Part shown: in pieces, positions 19,774-29,137 of the stretch
How positions within the stretch are numbered: the first letter of the stretch is position 1
How the letters are laid out: each line of letters starts with the position of its first letter
DNA from: a virus
Lineage: Duplodnaviria > Caudoviricetes
Virus record (IMG/VR): IMGVR_UViG_3300020048_000002
Strand: one strand, 5' to 3'
Length of the DNA stretch: 64,000 bases
The notes under the pieces: generated by a model
Databases searched by the model: none
Seen by the model: only the letters and a program-made list of their open reading frames with translations
What the model was told of the DNA's origin: nothing
Made by a program: the position numbers and the translations under genes

Positions 19774-20453
19774 CTGTGTCCTCGCATACGCTTGAGCCCC
19801 AAGCTCCACGTACCGTCCGCTTCCGTCTCTTCCGAGCCGTGGTAGGCGGTCTGGGCGTGATCTAGGTAGGACTGCTTATGTGTGATCATGAGCAAGTCGA
19901 TCCCCGTCGTTTCTGCGAGTTTCCGTAGAAACCTGCCCGCTTGCTCCGTGTACTCGTCCGACACGGCGGCGAGCGTTTCGTCCAACAACAGCAGGGGCCA
20001 CTTCTTTAGGCGTAGCAACGCTAGTAGGCGTAACACAAGCGATGCGACACTGGACGGGCCGCCCCCGAAAGACTCCAAGGGGTGTCCCCGAACGGCGGCT
20101 TCGTCTTGTCCCTGGCGAAGGAGAAAATCGATAGCGATCTTGTTGTACTTCGTTCCGACCTCGGCCTCGAAGGTGAGATCTTGGTCGTGGAAGATCGTGC
20201 CCAAACCTTCTGTAACAATCCCCTCGATTCCGCGAACCTGATCGAGGACGAGCTTGTCCATAAGCATACGAAGAAGCTCACCTACCTTGGTGAGCTTCTC
20301 AATATCCTCCGACAACGTACCGATCTCAGACTCTTTCTCGACTACGTCGGCGACCAAAGCGTCCCGAGCAGCTTGCAGGCGCATGGCCCGCTGAGACAAG
20401 TCCCGAGATCTGGCAATCAGTCCTTGGACGGCATGAACCGGGTCACTCGACAC
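19770..20453 (-). CDS. Rad50/SbcC C-terminal half
   Basis: Coiled coil, then signature-like SFGGG, Walker B LLLDE and H-loop ITH; no Walker A. Confidence 0.8.
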   Translation of the reverse strand: MSSDPVHAVQGLIARSRDLSQRAMRLQAARDALVADVVEKESEIGTLSEDIEKLTKVGELLRMLMDKLVLDQVRGIEGIVTEGLGTIFHDQDLTFEAEVGTKYNKIAIDFLLRQGQDEAAVRGHPLESFGGGPSSVASLVLRLLALLRLKKWPLLLLDETLAAVSDEYTEQAGRFLRKLAETTGIDLLMITHKQSYLDHAQTAYHGSEETEADGTWSLGLKRMRGHR

Positions 20454-21667
20454 TGGTAGCTGTTCTCCGGTTGCTTCTCTACACCGCTTCCGCCGATGAC
20501 CTTGCCATCTTTGTCGATCAAGAACTCGTCGATGGTACGAATCATCGCTTGGTCCTTGGGACGACGCTCATCGGCGAGCAGGAGAGTCACTCGCAGCTCC
20601 AGCCGATCTCCCTTGGCTCCGTCAAGAAGGTCGATGAGGTGGTAGAGGTTGATGTTGAACGAAAAGTCCCTCGCCTCGCTACCCTCCTTCGGGTTGATCG
20701 GCACGGGGAAGCTCTTCGCCTTGGAGTTGCCCTCGATGACCGTGAAGCTCAACTCGTTCGAGGCTGCCGTGTAGGTCAGCCGGATCTTGTCTCGCTTGGC
20801 GTCGAGTTCTGTCCCCGTGTACTTGAGAGCGTTGACGAGAGCACGCACCGGCACGTCGAACACGAACTTGTCGTTCTTGAGGGCGTAGTAAGCGTACTTC
20901 TGGTGGGACTTCGCATGGTGTGCCCATCCGAGGACCCGGCCCTTGCCGTCGATGGCGAAGGTCATGTTCTGACCTGTCTTCACGGTGACCGTCTCGTCGC
21001 ACTTGGCAAGAAAGCTCGAAACGAAGGGGATGTGTTGCCCGTGTAGCCCAAGACCCTTGCCCTTGAACGCATCGCAGGCGAAGTAGAAAGCCTGCGTACC
21101 GTTCGCGGCAAACAGGGTTCCATCCCCCTTCGACCATGCCTCGTTCGAGGCATCGAACACCTGGATGGCCTTGTACTGATCTTCCGCTTTGCTGTCTTGG
21201 GGCTTGGCGAGAAACGGCTTGGCGAGTCCGATGGCTTCTCGGAGTAGGGCCACCGGGTACTCTCGCTCCGAAGTGGCGTTCTCAACATCCTTGTCGCATC
21301 CGGCCATGAGCTTCGGATCGTAGCTCGTGCGTTCTGCCCCAGCGCCGCTCCGGCTCGTGTATTTGACGATGTGGGTGTCTCCTTCGCTCGTTGCTTCGAA
21401 CGAAAGCACTTCGTCTTGGAGGAATCGGAACCCTTGGACGTAGTCCGACGGGTAGATGAAGGCACCTTCGCCCTCGACCGCTTCGATCGGAAAGTCAGCC
21501 CGAGCTACACGAAGAGAGTCACGGGAGTAGACGTAGCAGGTCTCACCTCGCACCACGAACAGGTACCCAGATCCCCCTTGCGGAGTGATGGGCCTCGGGG
21601 GAACGATCGACACGATGTCCAGAGCGGTGTTGAGATCCGCAGCCTTCACCTGAAATTTCATCTTCAT
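20417..21667 (-). CDS. DNA polymerase III beta sliding clamp-like protein
   Basis: 416 aa; beta-clamp-like N-terminus (MKFQVKAADLNTALDIVS), three-domain length, clamp-loader genes nearby. Confidence 0.6.
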   Translation of the reverse strand: MKMKFQVKAADLNTALDIVSIVPPRPITPQGGSGYLFVVRGETCYVYSRDSLRVARADFPIEAVEGEGAFIYPSDYVQGFRFLQDEVLSFEATSEGDTHIVKYTSRSGAGAERTSYDPKLMAGCDKDVENATSEREYPVALLREAIGLAKPFLAKPQDSKAEDQYKAIQVFDASNEAWSKGDGTLFAANGTQAFYFACDAFKGKGLGLHGQHIPFVSSFLAKCDETVTVKTGQNMTFAIDGKGRVLGWAHHAKSHQKYAYYALKNDKFVFDVPVRALVNALKYTGTELDAKRDKIRLTYTAASNELSFTVIEGNSKAKSFPVPINPKEGSEARDFSFNINLYHLIDLLDGAKGDRLELRVTLLLADERRPKDQAMIRTIDEFLIDKDGKVIGGSGVEKQPENSYQCRVTRFMPSKD

Positions 21668-21676
21668 CTCTCCTGT

Positions 21677-21952
21677 TTACTTCTTGGAGTCATACCCTGC
21701 GAGGGCAGTCTCAACGGCAACGAGATCTGCCTCGTAGGTTGTGACCATCTCGGTCAACTGCGCCTGTACCTTGTCCCGCTCCTCACGGAGGGTCTTCGGG
21801 TCGTACCCAGCGGCCTTGATCTCCACGACGAGCTGAGCCAACTCCTCTTTCTTGGCCTGGAGCTTCCCAGACAGAGTTGACTTCTTCGTGTTGACGGCCT
21901 CCGTCCGCTTGGCGAGGTCATCGATCTTCTTGCGTAACTCATCGGGGGTCAT
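21677..21952 (-). CDS. Small coiled-coil protein
   Basis: Heptad-rich, about 91 aa. Confidence 0.65.
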   Translation of the reverse strand: MTPDELRKKIDDLAKRTEAVNTKKSTLSGKLQAKKEELAQLVVEIKAAGYDPKTLREERDKVQAQLTEMVTTYEADLVAVETALAGYDSKK

Positions 21953-21963
21953 TCTGCTCTCCC

Positions 21964-22866
21964 TCAAAATCCGAAGTCTTCTACACCGGAATCGAAGTCT
22001 CCGGTTGGCTTGAATCGCATCGTCGAGAAGGATTTACCTTCCGGGCACACCGGCTGGTAGGCACAAAGGCGGCACTTGTCCCCCAGTTGAATAGGGAACG
22101 TCGTTTTCAGAGCTTCCGACGCCTCAGCACCACGAAGCACCGAAAGATGACGCTTACCATCTTCGATCTCTCGGATACTCGATAGCACCCCTTGCTGCAA
22201 GTCATCGAGGGATGCCGCATCGAAGCCCACCCAGTCCAAGCTCGAATCAGGCTCTTGCCGCCAGAACACAAAACCAAGTCGGTCGGGCAAGATTCCGTGG
22301 TGGTGCCGGTAAAGCATAGCGTACCACCACAACTGCTGAGGATCTACGTACTTGTCTCGGTGTCGAGAGCCCTTCCCATCTAGGATAATCAGGTCACCGT
22401 GAGGCTTGGACCTGCACATGATGAAGTCCGCCCGGCCTCCGATCATGTGACCTTCGATCGTTCCGTCGAGTTTGACCTCTGCCTCGGCTAGCTCCCCCAG
22501 CAGGCGGTGCCTACGGATGATCGCGATCCCTCTTGGGATCGTATCAAGGACGTCCTTTCTGAGCGCATCCAGGGACTTGTAGTTGGACTTGGGGTCTTTC
22601 CAGTCCACGGCCCCCGTTTTCATCTCTTTGGCAAGGATGTCCTTGAGGGTGAAGTCCACCCGAGAAGCGAGCGCAGTGGCCACTTCGGGTTTCATCCACA
22701 GCCTTTCGTTGTAGAACAACTCAAATAAGAGCCCCACCGTCGAGCCGTAGAGGCTGTTGACTCGATTGTCCGGGGTTTCGAGCTTCGTCTTGGCAACATA
22801 CCGATGCCAGTACTGTCTCGGGCACTCCTTGTAGGATTTGTGCCCTGAATAGGAAAGGTACATCAC
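21964..22866 (-). CDS. PD-(D/E)XK nuclease, AddB/Cas4-like with four cysteines
   Basis: LSYS..CPRQY, GRADF, ILDGK, QLWWY and CRLCAYQPVC. Confidence 0.8.
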   Translation of the reverse strand: MMYLSYSGHKSYKECPRQYWHRYVAKTKLETPDNRVNSLYGSTVGLLFELFYNERLWMKPEVATALASRVDFTLKDILAKEMKTGAVDWKDPKSNYKSLDALRKDVLDTIPRGIAIIRRHRLLGELAEAEVKLDGTIEGHMIGGRADFIMCRSKPHGDLIILDGKGSRHRDKYVDPQQLWWYAMLYRHHHGILPDRLGFVFWRQEPDSSLDWVGFDAASLDDLQQGVLSSIREIEDGKRHLSVLRGAEASEALKTTFPIQLGDKCRLCAYQPVCPEGKSFSTMRFKPTGDFDSGVEDFGF

Positions 22867-23843
22867 CCCACCTCCGCTCGGGCACGTTCTAGGTACCCCA
22901 AGGCTAAATCTCGAACATCACGGGCAAAGTCAAGCGACTGGACGTTTGCCTCAATACTGAGGGAGGGATCGTACTCCGCACTTGCACGCAAGGTTGCAAC
23001 GAAGTTGTCGATCTCCTTTCCCTCACGCTCTTCCCGCTCCTTTCGCTCGACATCGAACACGTCGGAGGCCGGAGCGACAACCATGGGCAACGATACGGTA
23101 AGGATGCCACTGGGAGTCACCTCCAAGAGAGTGGCTTTCGGGGTCCGCTCGGTGTTCTCTCGGATGAGAGCACCCCGACTCAGAGCCCCCTGGTTGACGA
23201 ACTGCTTGCCGTCGATCTCGACGATCCCCTGGTCCTTATGCCAATGACCAAACGCCCACACGTCGGGTCCATCGGGTGTCACGAGATCGTGGTATCGGAA
23301 CACGGGCTCACCGAAGAAATCCTCGACGGACGGGGGAGGGTCGGCACCCGCAAGGTTGTGGACAACGGCGATGAGGAAATCATCCCCAGGTTTCTTCTGG
23401 ATAGCTTTTAGCTCGTCGAGCTTGCGGAACGGGCTGTAGGGTACCCCGACAACACGCACCCGCATCCCACCGTCCTCGAACACCGCTTCCCGTAGGTGTT
23501 CGAACACCTTGGCTGCGTAGAGCACCCCAAGAGGTTGCTTGGGGATAGACTCAAGGTTGTTGTAGGCGATGTCGTGGTTGCCCTCGACGCAGTAGACGGG
23601 GCAAGGGTAGGCACGGTGAATCTCAGCCGTGCGGGCCACAAGGGCGTGGGGGTTCCTCGTGGCTGCCTTGACGTGGAAGTAGTCCCCTCCGTCGAGGACA
23701 GCCCGAACGTCACGCTCCTTGGCGAATCGCCCGACCTGCTCCAGATTGGACCAAATCTCGGAGGGGTAGTCGGCCTTCCATGAAGCCGGGCTGCGGTCGC
23801 TGACGTGGGTGTCGGTGCGGAACAAGAAGGCAAGTCTAGGCAT
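22863..23843 (-). CDS. Mre11/SbcD-like metallophosphoesterase nuclease
   Basis: DTH, GDYFH, GNHD and GHWH motifs. Confidence 0.88.
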   Translation of the reverse strand: MPRLAFLFRTDTHVSDRSPASWKADYPSEIWSNLEQVGRFAKERDVRAVLDGGDYFHVKAATRNPHALVARTAEIHRAYPCPVYCVEGNHDIAYNNLESIPKQPLGVLYAAKVFEHLREAVFEDGGMRVRVVGVPYSPFRKLDELKAIQKKPGDDFLIAVVHNLAGADPPPSVEDFFGEPVFRYHDLVTPDGPDVWAFGHWHKDQGIVEIDGKQFVNQGALSRGALIRENTERTPKATLLEVTPSGILTVSLPMVVAPASDVFDVERKEREEREGKEIDNFVATLRASAEYDPSLSIEANVQSLDFARDVRDLALGYLERARAEVG

Positions 23844-25047
23844 CTTGGCATTCCCCTAGCGGTCGTATGCAAGTAGGGCATACACCAAGCGCATCCCGTT
23901 CCTCGTTGAGAGCTTGTTCTTCTTTGACGGTTTCCTCCAGATCCCTCTCTAGATCTGAGCAGGTCTGAGTGAGCGCCTCGTACTTTTGGGTGAACACGTC
24001 AAGGTTGCGCAGGTTGGACCACCCGGCGTGGAGCCCTTCCGGGGATGGTACGGAAAACCCATCCAAAGATTTTCCCGAAATCAACCAACCCTTGATTTCT
24101 GCAAGTTGCTGAACCCAGCGATTGAGTTGCTGCAACGAACTAAGGCCGGTAGTCAAAGAGGTCGCACTTGGGATCTCTACTTGCTCCACCGAAGCAAGGT
24201 GCGTAACCCCTTGGCGACGATCCTCTAGCTGAGTCATGTAGGCGTTGATCGACTCAAGCGCCCTAGCCATATCCTTAATCGATTTGGGATCGGGCACGAC
24301 AACCGACGCCCCCTTCGCCAAATCTCGGAGTGTTGCGGCAAGGGCCGTGGCACTCTGCAAGAACGTATCAACCTGAGCCAAGACTCTCTCTTGGCGTAGA
24401 ATAGCGTCTTGGCTCTCGGTGGTGCGCTGGACTGCACCGAGAACGTCATCAAGGCCGTCGTAAGCAGTTAGCTTGGATCGGAGTGCAACCACGTCCTTCT
24501 CACGGACCTTGCGAGTAGAGACTGCTTCCTTGCGATCCTTCTCAGCCAAACGCATTGCCGAGTTGATGCGATCAAGACGAGCAACATCGGAAAGGGTGTC
24601 GGCCACCGCCCCGCCAGTCTGGTCAAGCAGGAAGATGGGGCTGAACTGGTCCGATACTTGAAGCAGCTCTTGCTTGTCTCCTACCTTCACCGGAGCAAAC
24701 ACGGGCTGTAGGAAGTCCGGGGTGCCTCTCTCCGCCTTGTCGTAAATTACACCGTTGAACGTGTAGCGGTTGAGAGAGTCCCCCTTCTCCCAAAGCAGGT
24801 CGAAGCCTTCCGTTTTGAGGTGGACAGACGCAAAACACTTGCAGGTCTTGGCCTGCTTGGTTCGCCGCAGGCAGCCCGCCCCGTGCCGGACGAACGAAGA
24901 CACGGAGGCCCCCGTGAGAGCCGCCTTGATTGCTCTCACGAGGGCACTCTTACCGATGTTGCTTCGCCCCACGACAACGGTGAACCCGTCGATCTGGAAC
25001 GACGCCTTCTCGATCGACTGAAAGTTGCGAATCTCTACGTCAAGCAC
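23836..25047 (-). CDS. Rad50/SbcC N-terminal half ending in the zinc hook
   Basis: IRNFQS, Walker A GRSNIGKS, coiled coil and terminal CPTC. Confidence 0.85.
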   Translation of the reverse strand: MLDVEIRNFQSIEKASFQIDGFTVVVGRSNIGKSALVRAIKAALTGASVSSFVRHGAGCLRRTKQAKTCKCFASVHLKTEGFDLLWEKGDSLNRYTFNGVIYDKAERGTPDFLQPVFAPVKVGDKQELLQVSDQFSPIFLLDQTGGAVADTLSDVARLDRINSAMRLAEKDRKEAVSTRKVREKDVVALRSKLTAYDGLDDVLGAVQRTTESQDAILRQERVLAQVDTFLQSATALAATLRDLAKGASVVVPDPKSIKDMARALESINAYMTQLEDRRQGVTHLASVEQVEIPSATSLTTGLSSLQQLNRWVQQLAEIKGWLISGKSLDGFSVPSPEGLHAGWSNLRNLDVFTQKYEALTQTCSDLERDLEETVKEEQALNEERDALGVCPTCIRPLGECQDA

Positions 25048-25050
25048 GGG

Positions 25051-26301
25051 TCATTCTGCGTCCGACGCTTCCACAACTTCTTCGCTGACCCCGCCCGAGG
25101 CACCCCCCAGTTCGTCATCCAAATCGGACAGGAGAGCGTCGTCGTTGTCAATCTCCTCGTCCTTGATCACGGTAGCGGAAGCAGCGATAGCGGTTGTGAC
25201 CTTGGTGCAGAGATCCGCATACACCTTCTGGTTCTCCACCAGGAAGGCCCGGAACTTGTCTCGACCTTGGATTCGGTGCTCCCCAAACGAGAAGTACCCA
25301 GCACCCTCCTTCTTGACGACACCGAGCGTGCTACCGGTTTCAATCATGGAGAAGTAGTTATCAAGGCCAAAGCCGTAGCGAATGAAGAACTCGCCGTCCT
25401 GTCCTTGGGTGCCGTCGAGCTTGTTCTTGACGATCTTTACCTTGGTCTTGTTGCCATAGGGGAACCGCTTGCTCTTACCCGTGAGCGGATCCTTCTTCTC
25501 GATGATCTCAGAGCCGATTCGGCTGAACCGGAGCCGTAGGCTTGCGTAGTACTTGACGGCCTTACCACCCGCCGTGTTGGTGGGCTCCCCAGGGCCGGTG
25601 TTGCCGATGGTCGCACGCTCCTGGTTGAGCAGAATGAGAGCCGTGCCAGGCTTCGACGGGTCCATGCGCTTCGTTTCACCCGTACCCGTCTTAGGGCACG
25701 TAGCTAGCCACCCAGCCACCTTGGGCAACGTCTCGCTCATCTTCTTGGCTACAGCGCCTACCTTGGCGGTCTCGTCGAGCTTCTTGTCCAGCTCGTCTTG
25801 GGGCACCATGGCAGCAACCGAGTCGACGATGATCAGATCGACTCCGGTGTTGATCCCAATCCAGATCATCTTGAGCCCCTCTTCCATGGTGTCGGGCGCA
25901 AACACCATGAAAGAGTCGTCGTACTTGACGCCAATCGACTTGGCGTAACCGTGGTGAATGGCGTGCTCAAAGTCGAGGAACATGACTGTACCCCCAGCCT
26001 TCTGCACCTGGACGGCTGCCGAGAGCGCCACCGTGGTCTTACCGCTGGACTCCGGGCCGAAGATTTCGGTGATCTTACGGCGAGGGTACCCGGGGCATGT
26101 GAGCCCTTTTCCATCGGAGGTTGGAGAGCCTCCGATCAGAGCATTGATGATCAAGCTGCCCGAATCGACGTGCGCGATGGTCGAAAACGTGGGCTCCAGG
26201 GGCTTTTGCCCGGTAGACTTGAGGATCAGGGCCTTCGTAGCATTGGCTACGGCCCCGACATTGGAGGAAGTTTCAGTCTTTTTGGCCTTAGCAGGACTCA
26301 T
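25051..26301 (-). CDS. recA: Recombinase RecA
   Basis: GPESSGKT, DFEHA, IIVDSVAA, GGKAVKYYAS and KIVKNK. Confidence 0.95.
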   Translation of the reverse strand: MSPAKAKKTETSSNVGAVANATKALILKSTGQKPLEPTFSTIAHVDSGSLIINALIGGSPTSDGKGLTCPGYPRRKITEIFGPESSGKTTVALSAAVQVQKAGGTVMFLDFEHAIHHGYAKSIGVKYDDSFMVFAPDTMEEGLKMIWIGINTGVDLIIVDSVAAMVPQDELDKKLDETAKVGAVAKKMSETLPKVAGWLATCPKTGTGETKRMDPSKPGTALILLNQERATIGNTGPGEPTNTAGGKAVKYYASLRLRFSRIGSEIIEKKDPLTGKSKRFPYGNKTKVKIVKNKLDGTQGQDGEFFIRYGFGLDNYFSMIETGSTLGVVKKEGAGYFSFGEHRIQGRDKFRAFLVENQKVYADLCTKVTTAIAASATVIKDEEIDNDDALLSDLDDELGGASGGVSEEVVEASDAE

Positions 26302-26942
26302 GGAATCTCCGAGAAACGGAAAAAGCGTTGGCCTTCTTTGAAGGCTGCCCCTTGGTGAACGGTTTCGCCTTTTCTCTTACCCCGAGTGAACGTGTGAACC
26401 TTGGCGAAAGATCGATGTTCAGCCGGAGTCAGATCCCCGTCGACTAACGACCCTCGGACGTACTCGAAGAACCGAGCGGCAAAACGTGCGATGTGGTAGG
26501 CGTCCGCCTCGTTGTGATTGAACTTGCCCTTGATCCCCGTGTCCGCCTTTGCCGCGTCCACCATATCCGCCTTGAACATCTTGCCCTTGCGGAGGTTAGG
26601 ATCTTCCTTCGTCAGCATCTTCAAGGTGCCGGGATCAAAGTAAACGACGTCCCGTCGCCGAACGTAGATGGCCTCGTTGACCATCATGAACAGCGCATAC
26701 AGGCCCTCGCTATACTGCTCCCCAAATGGAGGAGACTCGACACCTACTGCTGAGATTGCAGGATGATCGTCGAGAACTCGACCGACCGACTCACGAAGCT
26801 CGATGTACCGTTGAACGAAGATCGACTTGGAAGAGGTAGCAAACCTCCCCCGAGCGATGACGCGCAACGGTCCAACGGCTTCTGAGTCGTGGACGCACCA
26901 ACCAAAACCGGTGAGGGACGGATCAAGTCCAAGAGCGATCAT
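26298..26942 (-). CDS. ruvC: RuvC-like Holliday junction resolvase
   Basis: LGLDPSLTGFGW, VGVE and NEADA. Confidence 0.8.
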   Translation of the reverse strand: MIALGLDPSLTGFGWCVHDSEAVGPLRVIARGRFATSSKSIFVQRYIELRESVGRVLDDHPAISAVGVESPPFGEQYSEGLYALFMMVNEAIYVRRRDVVYFDPGTLKMLTKEDPNLRKGKMFKADMVDAAKADTGIKGKFNHNEADAYHIARFAARFFEYVRGSLVDGDLTPAEHRSFAKVHTFTRGKRKGETVHQGAAFKEGQRFFRFSEIP

Positions 26943-26950
26943 AGAAGCAC

Positions 26951-26986
26951 CAGGCGGGGCTCGAACAGTAGTCCAAGCCCCGCCTG
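26951..26986. terminator. Intergenic GC-rich hairpin after the putative ssb gene
   Basis: CAGGCGGGGCT...AGCCCCGCCTG; no clear U-tract. Confidence 0.45.
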
Positions 26987-26993
26987 ACTGCCA

Positions 26994-27863
26994 CTACACA
27001 CTCTGGAGGATGTCGTCCATGTCCGACGACGTCATGGCAGACACGTCCGCCACAGCAGGACCACCCAATCCGAGCTTCGCCCGAAGCTGATCGGTGGTCA
27101 GCTCTCGGAACGGAACGAGCTTGTCGTACATCGGAATGGCCTTCGAGAGGACCATGTTGCGGAACGCATCAGCCTTCTGCCAGATGGCCGGACCAACGAA
27201 GCTGATCGCGATGTTCTGGTACTTGTCGTCCTTGCATTCGAGCTTGATGTCCTGCGAGTTCAAGCCCATGCCATTGTCCCGAAGGCCCGCCTGGAGCTTC
27301 CACAGATCCTCGTAGACGCGCTTTCCGAAACGCCACGGGACGAGGTTCCAGTCCGTGCGGAGACGGTCCTTGTCGAGGTTACCAGCCCGATCGGTGGGGT
27401 ACGTGAGGAGAAGCGTCGTGTGGTACGGCTTCGGAGCCTCGATCTTGTTCCACACGGCATCGGCCTCGGGACCGTCCTTGCCCTTGCGGTTGATGACAAA
27501 GCCGAGTCCCTGCTGATAGCTCGCCATCATGCGACGGAACTTGACCTCGGAGAGATCGAGGCGATCTGCCTGAGTGAGGCTGTCGACCGTCTTGCCGAGC
27601 TGGGCTGCACGATCGTCCAACGCCTTCTTCGCAGCAGCACGGAGGTCAGCCGCCGTAACGGTTTCCCCTCGGGCACGAGCCGCCTGCCGGAGACGGTCAG
27701 CCGCCACGAGGTCGACGGGGTGGAAGTAGACGAACGCCGCTCGAAGCGTCTGGTTCTTCGTCATCTTGAGCCAGAGATCCCGGTCGTTTGCCGGTTTGCT
27801 GTGCTCGTCAAGCGAAACGTCGTCTTCAGAGTTGTAGTCGGGATCAAACGGGTTGTTGCTCAT
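26994..27863 (-). CDS. Probable single-stranded DNA-binding protein (gp32-like)
   Basis: Acidic termini, aromatic-rich core (WRFGKRVY), recombination-operon context. Confidence 0.5.
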   Translation of the reverse strand: MSNNPFDPDYNSEDDVSLDEHSKPANDRDLWLKMTKNQTLRAAFVYFHPVDLVAADRLRQAARARGETVTAADLRAAAKKALDDRAAQLGKTVDSLTQADRLDLSEVKFRRMMASYQQGLGFVINRKGKDGPEADAVWNKIEAPKPYHTTLLLTYPTDRAGNLDKDRLRTDWNLVPWRFGKRVYEDLWKLQAGLRDNGMGLNSQDIKLECKDDKYQNIAISFVGPAIWQKADAFRNMVLSKAIPMYDKLVPFRELTTDQLRAKLGLGGPAVADVSAMTSSDMDDILQSV

Positions 27864-27934
27864 GTTCGTGTTCCTTATCGGGGTGCCCCCGCCGACAAGA
27901 GCCGGTTAGGCGGGTGGAGGGGGACACACCAGTT

Positions 27935-27961
27935 GAAAAAACCAGGGGTTATCCCTGGTTC
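27935..27961 (-). terminator. Intrinsic terminator-like hairpin
   Basis: Minus strand reads AACCAGGG-ATAAC-CCCTGGTT-TTTT. Confidence 0.6.
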
Positions 27962-27983
27962 CTACCAGTATACACCTTCCGGT

Positions 27984-28760
27984 CTAGATTGTCTTGAGAA
28001 GTTCTTCGAAATCGTCCTCCAGGTCGGACATAGTTTGACCCTCGCCCCCGTCTAGGAAGGCTTGGATGGCCATTTCCGTAACGTTTTCGGGCACCTCTGG
28101 TGATTTGACCTCAACCGGAGGCTCAGAAGGCATTTCTGGGGCAGGGGGTTCGACCGCCAGAGCTGGCTCGACCGATGCGGCGGATTCCCCCACGAGGAGC
28201 CGTTCTAGTTCTTTCTCGTCGATGTCCTCGCCCCCGAACGCCGGGTTGACTTGAGGTCTGCGTTCATGGTCGAACCTCCTCTCGTCGCCGTACATGGCCC
28301 CCGTGTCGATCTCGTCGCGAATCAGGCTCCTCTGGAGCTTGATCTCACTCATGGTGGAGGTCAGCTCCTTGTGCCTGTGGCGAACAGCTTTCTCAACATA
28401 CTCGATGTCTTGAATCTCGGCCTTCAGTCGCTCGATGATCTGACGTTCGTCTCTGAGGAAAACCGATACGGTAGCCTTCCGATCCTCAATCGAAGGCAAA
28501 CGACGCACTCGCTCGTCGTTTGCGAGCAGGTCATCTGCGGACACCTGATAGGCCGCCTCTCGGGCTCGTAGCTCACGAGCCATGTGCTGCTTTTCCTGAT
28601 GGACCTCTAGCTGGATGCGACTAACCGCATTGAGAAAGTTGCGGGTCTTAGCGATGAGGTCATTCAGGTAGAGTGGCCCAAGACTGCGAGGATCGGGTTG
28701 AAGTTGAACGGCATAGCGGTCCAGCTCCGTGTAAATGGTGGTGATTCGTTCGAGCTTCAC
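27984..28760 (-). CDS. Coiled-coil protein with acidic tail, possibly a recombination mediator
   Basis: 258 aa, helical; function inferred from context only. Confidence 0.5.
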   Translation of the reverse strand: MKLERITTIYTELDRYAVQLQPDPRSLGPLYLNDLIAKTRNFLNAVSRIQLEVHQEKQHMARELRAREAAYQVSADDLLANDERVRRLPSIEDRKATVSVFLRDERQIIERLKAEIQDIEYVEKAVRHRHKELTSTMSEIKLQRSLIRDEIDTGAMYGDERRFDHERRPQVNPAFGGEDIDEKELERLLVGESAASVEPALAVEPPAPEMPSEPPVEVKSPEVPENVTEMAIQAFLDGGEGQTMSDLEDDFEELLKTI

Positions 28761-29137
28761 GTTTCCTCGATGGCGCTAAGCAGCTTGGAGATCCCGTTCT
28801 CGTAGCGAGCGATGACGGTACGGACCTCCTCCTGAGCCACGGAGGCCGACATCATCCCTCGCTTCACAGCATCATCGTACACCGAAGCTACGACGTGCCT
28901 CCCAAGGATCAGCCGTGCGAGCTTCGTATCGTCTGGGGTGAACCCCTCCCCGTCTCGATGGTTCGTCGAAACAGAGTAGAAGGCGCTCATCTTGCGTCCA
29001 TCTAGGGTCCGCACCTCCAACGAGTGCGAGACGGTGATTTTCTCGACGGAGATCGCGTCCGTTACCGACTTGAGCCGATCCTGCTGGCGCTGAGACAAGT
29101 TGGCAAGAGAGCTATCGAGCTTCTTCTCGTCGTTCAT
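28757..29137 (-). CDS. Hypothetical protein
   Basis: 126 aa; GGTGTA motif 10 nt upstream. Confidence 0.65.
   Translation of the reverse strand: MNDEKKLDSSLANLSQRQQDRLKSVTDAISVEKITVSHSLEVRTLDGRKMSAFYSVSTNHRDGEGFTPDDTKLARLILGRHVVASVYDDAVKRGMMSASVAQEEVRTVIARYENGISKLLSAIEET

Noticed and set aside
21964-22866. Cas4-like nuclease as evidence of a CRISPR system
   Set aside because: No repeat-spacer array or other cas genes were seen, and the context is recombination.
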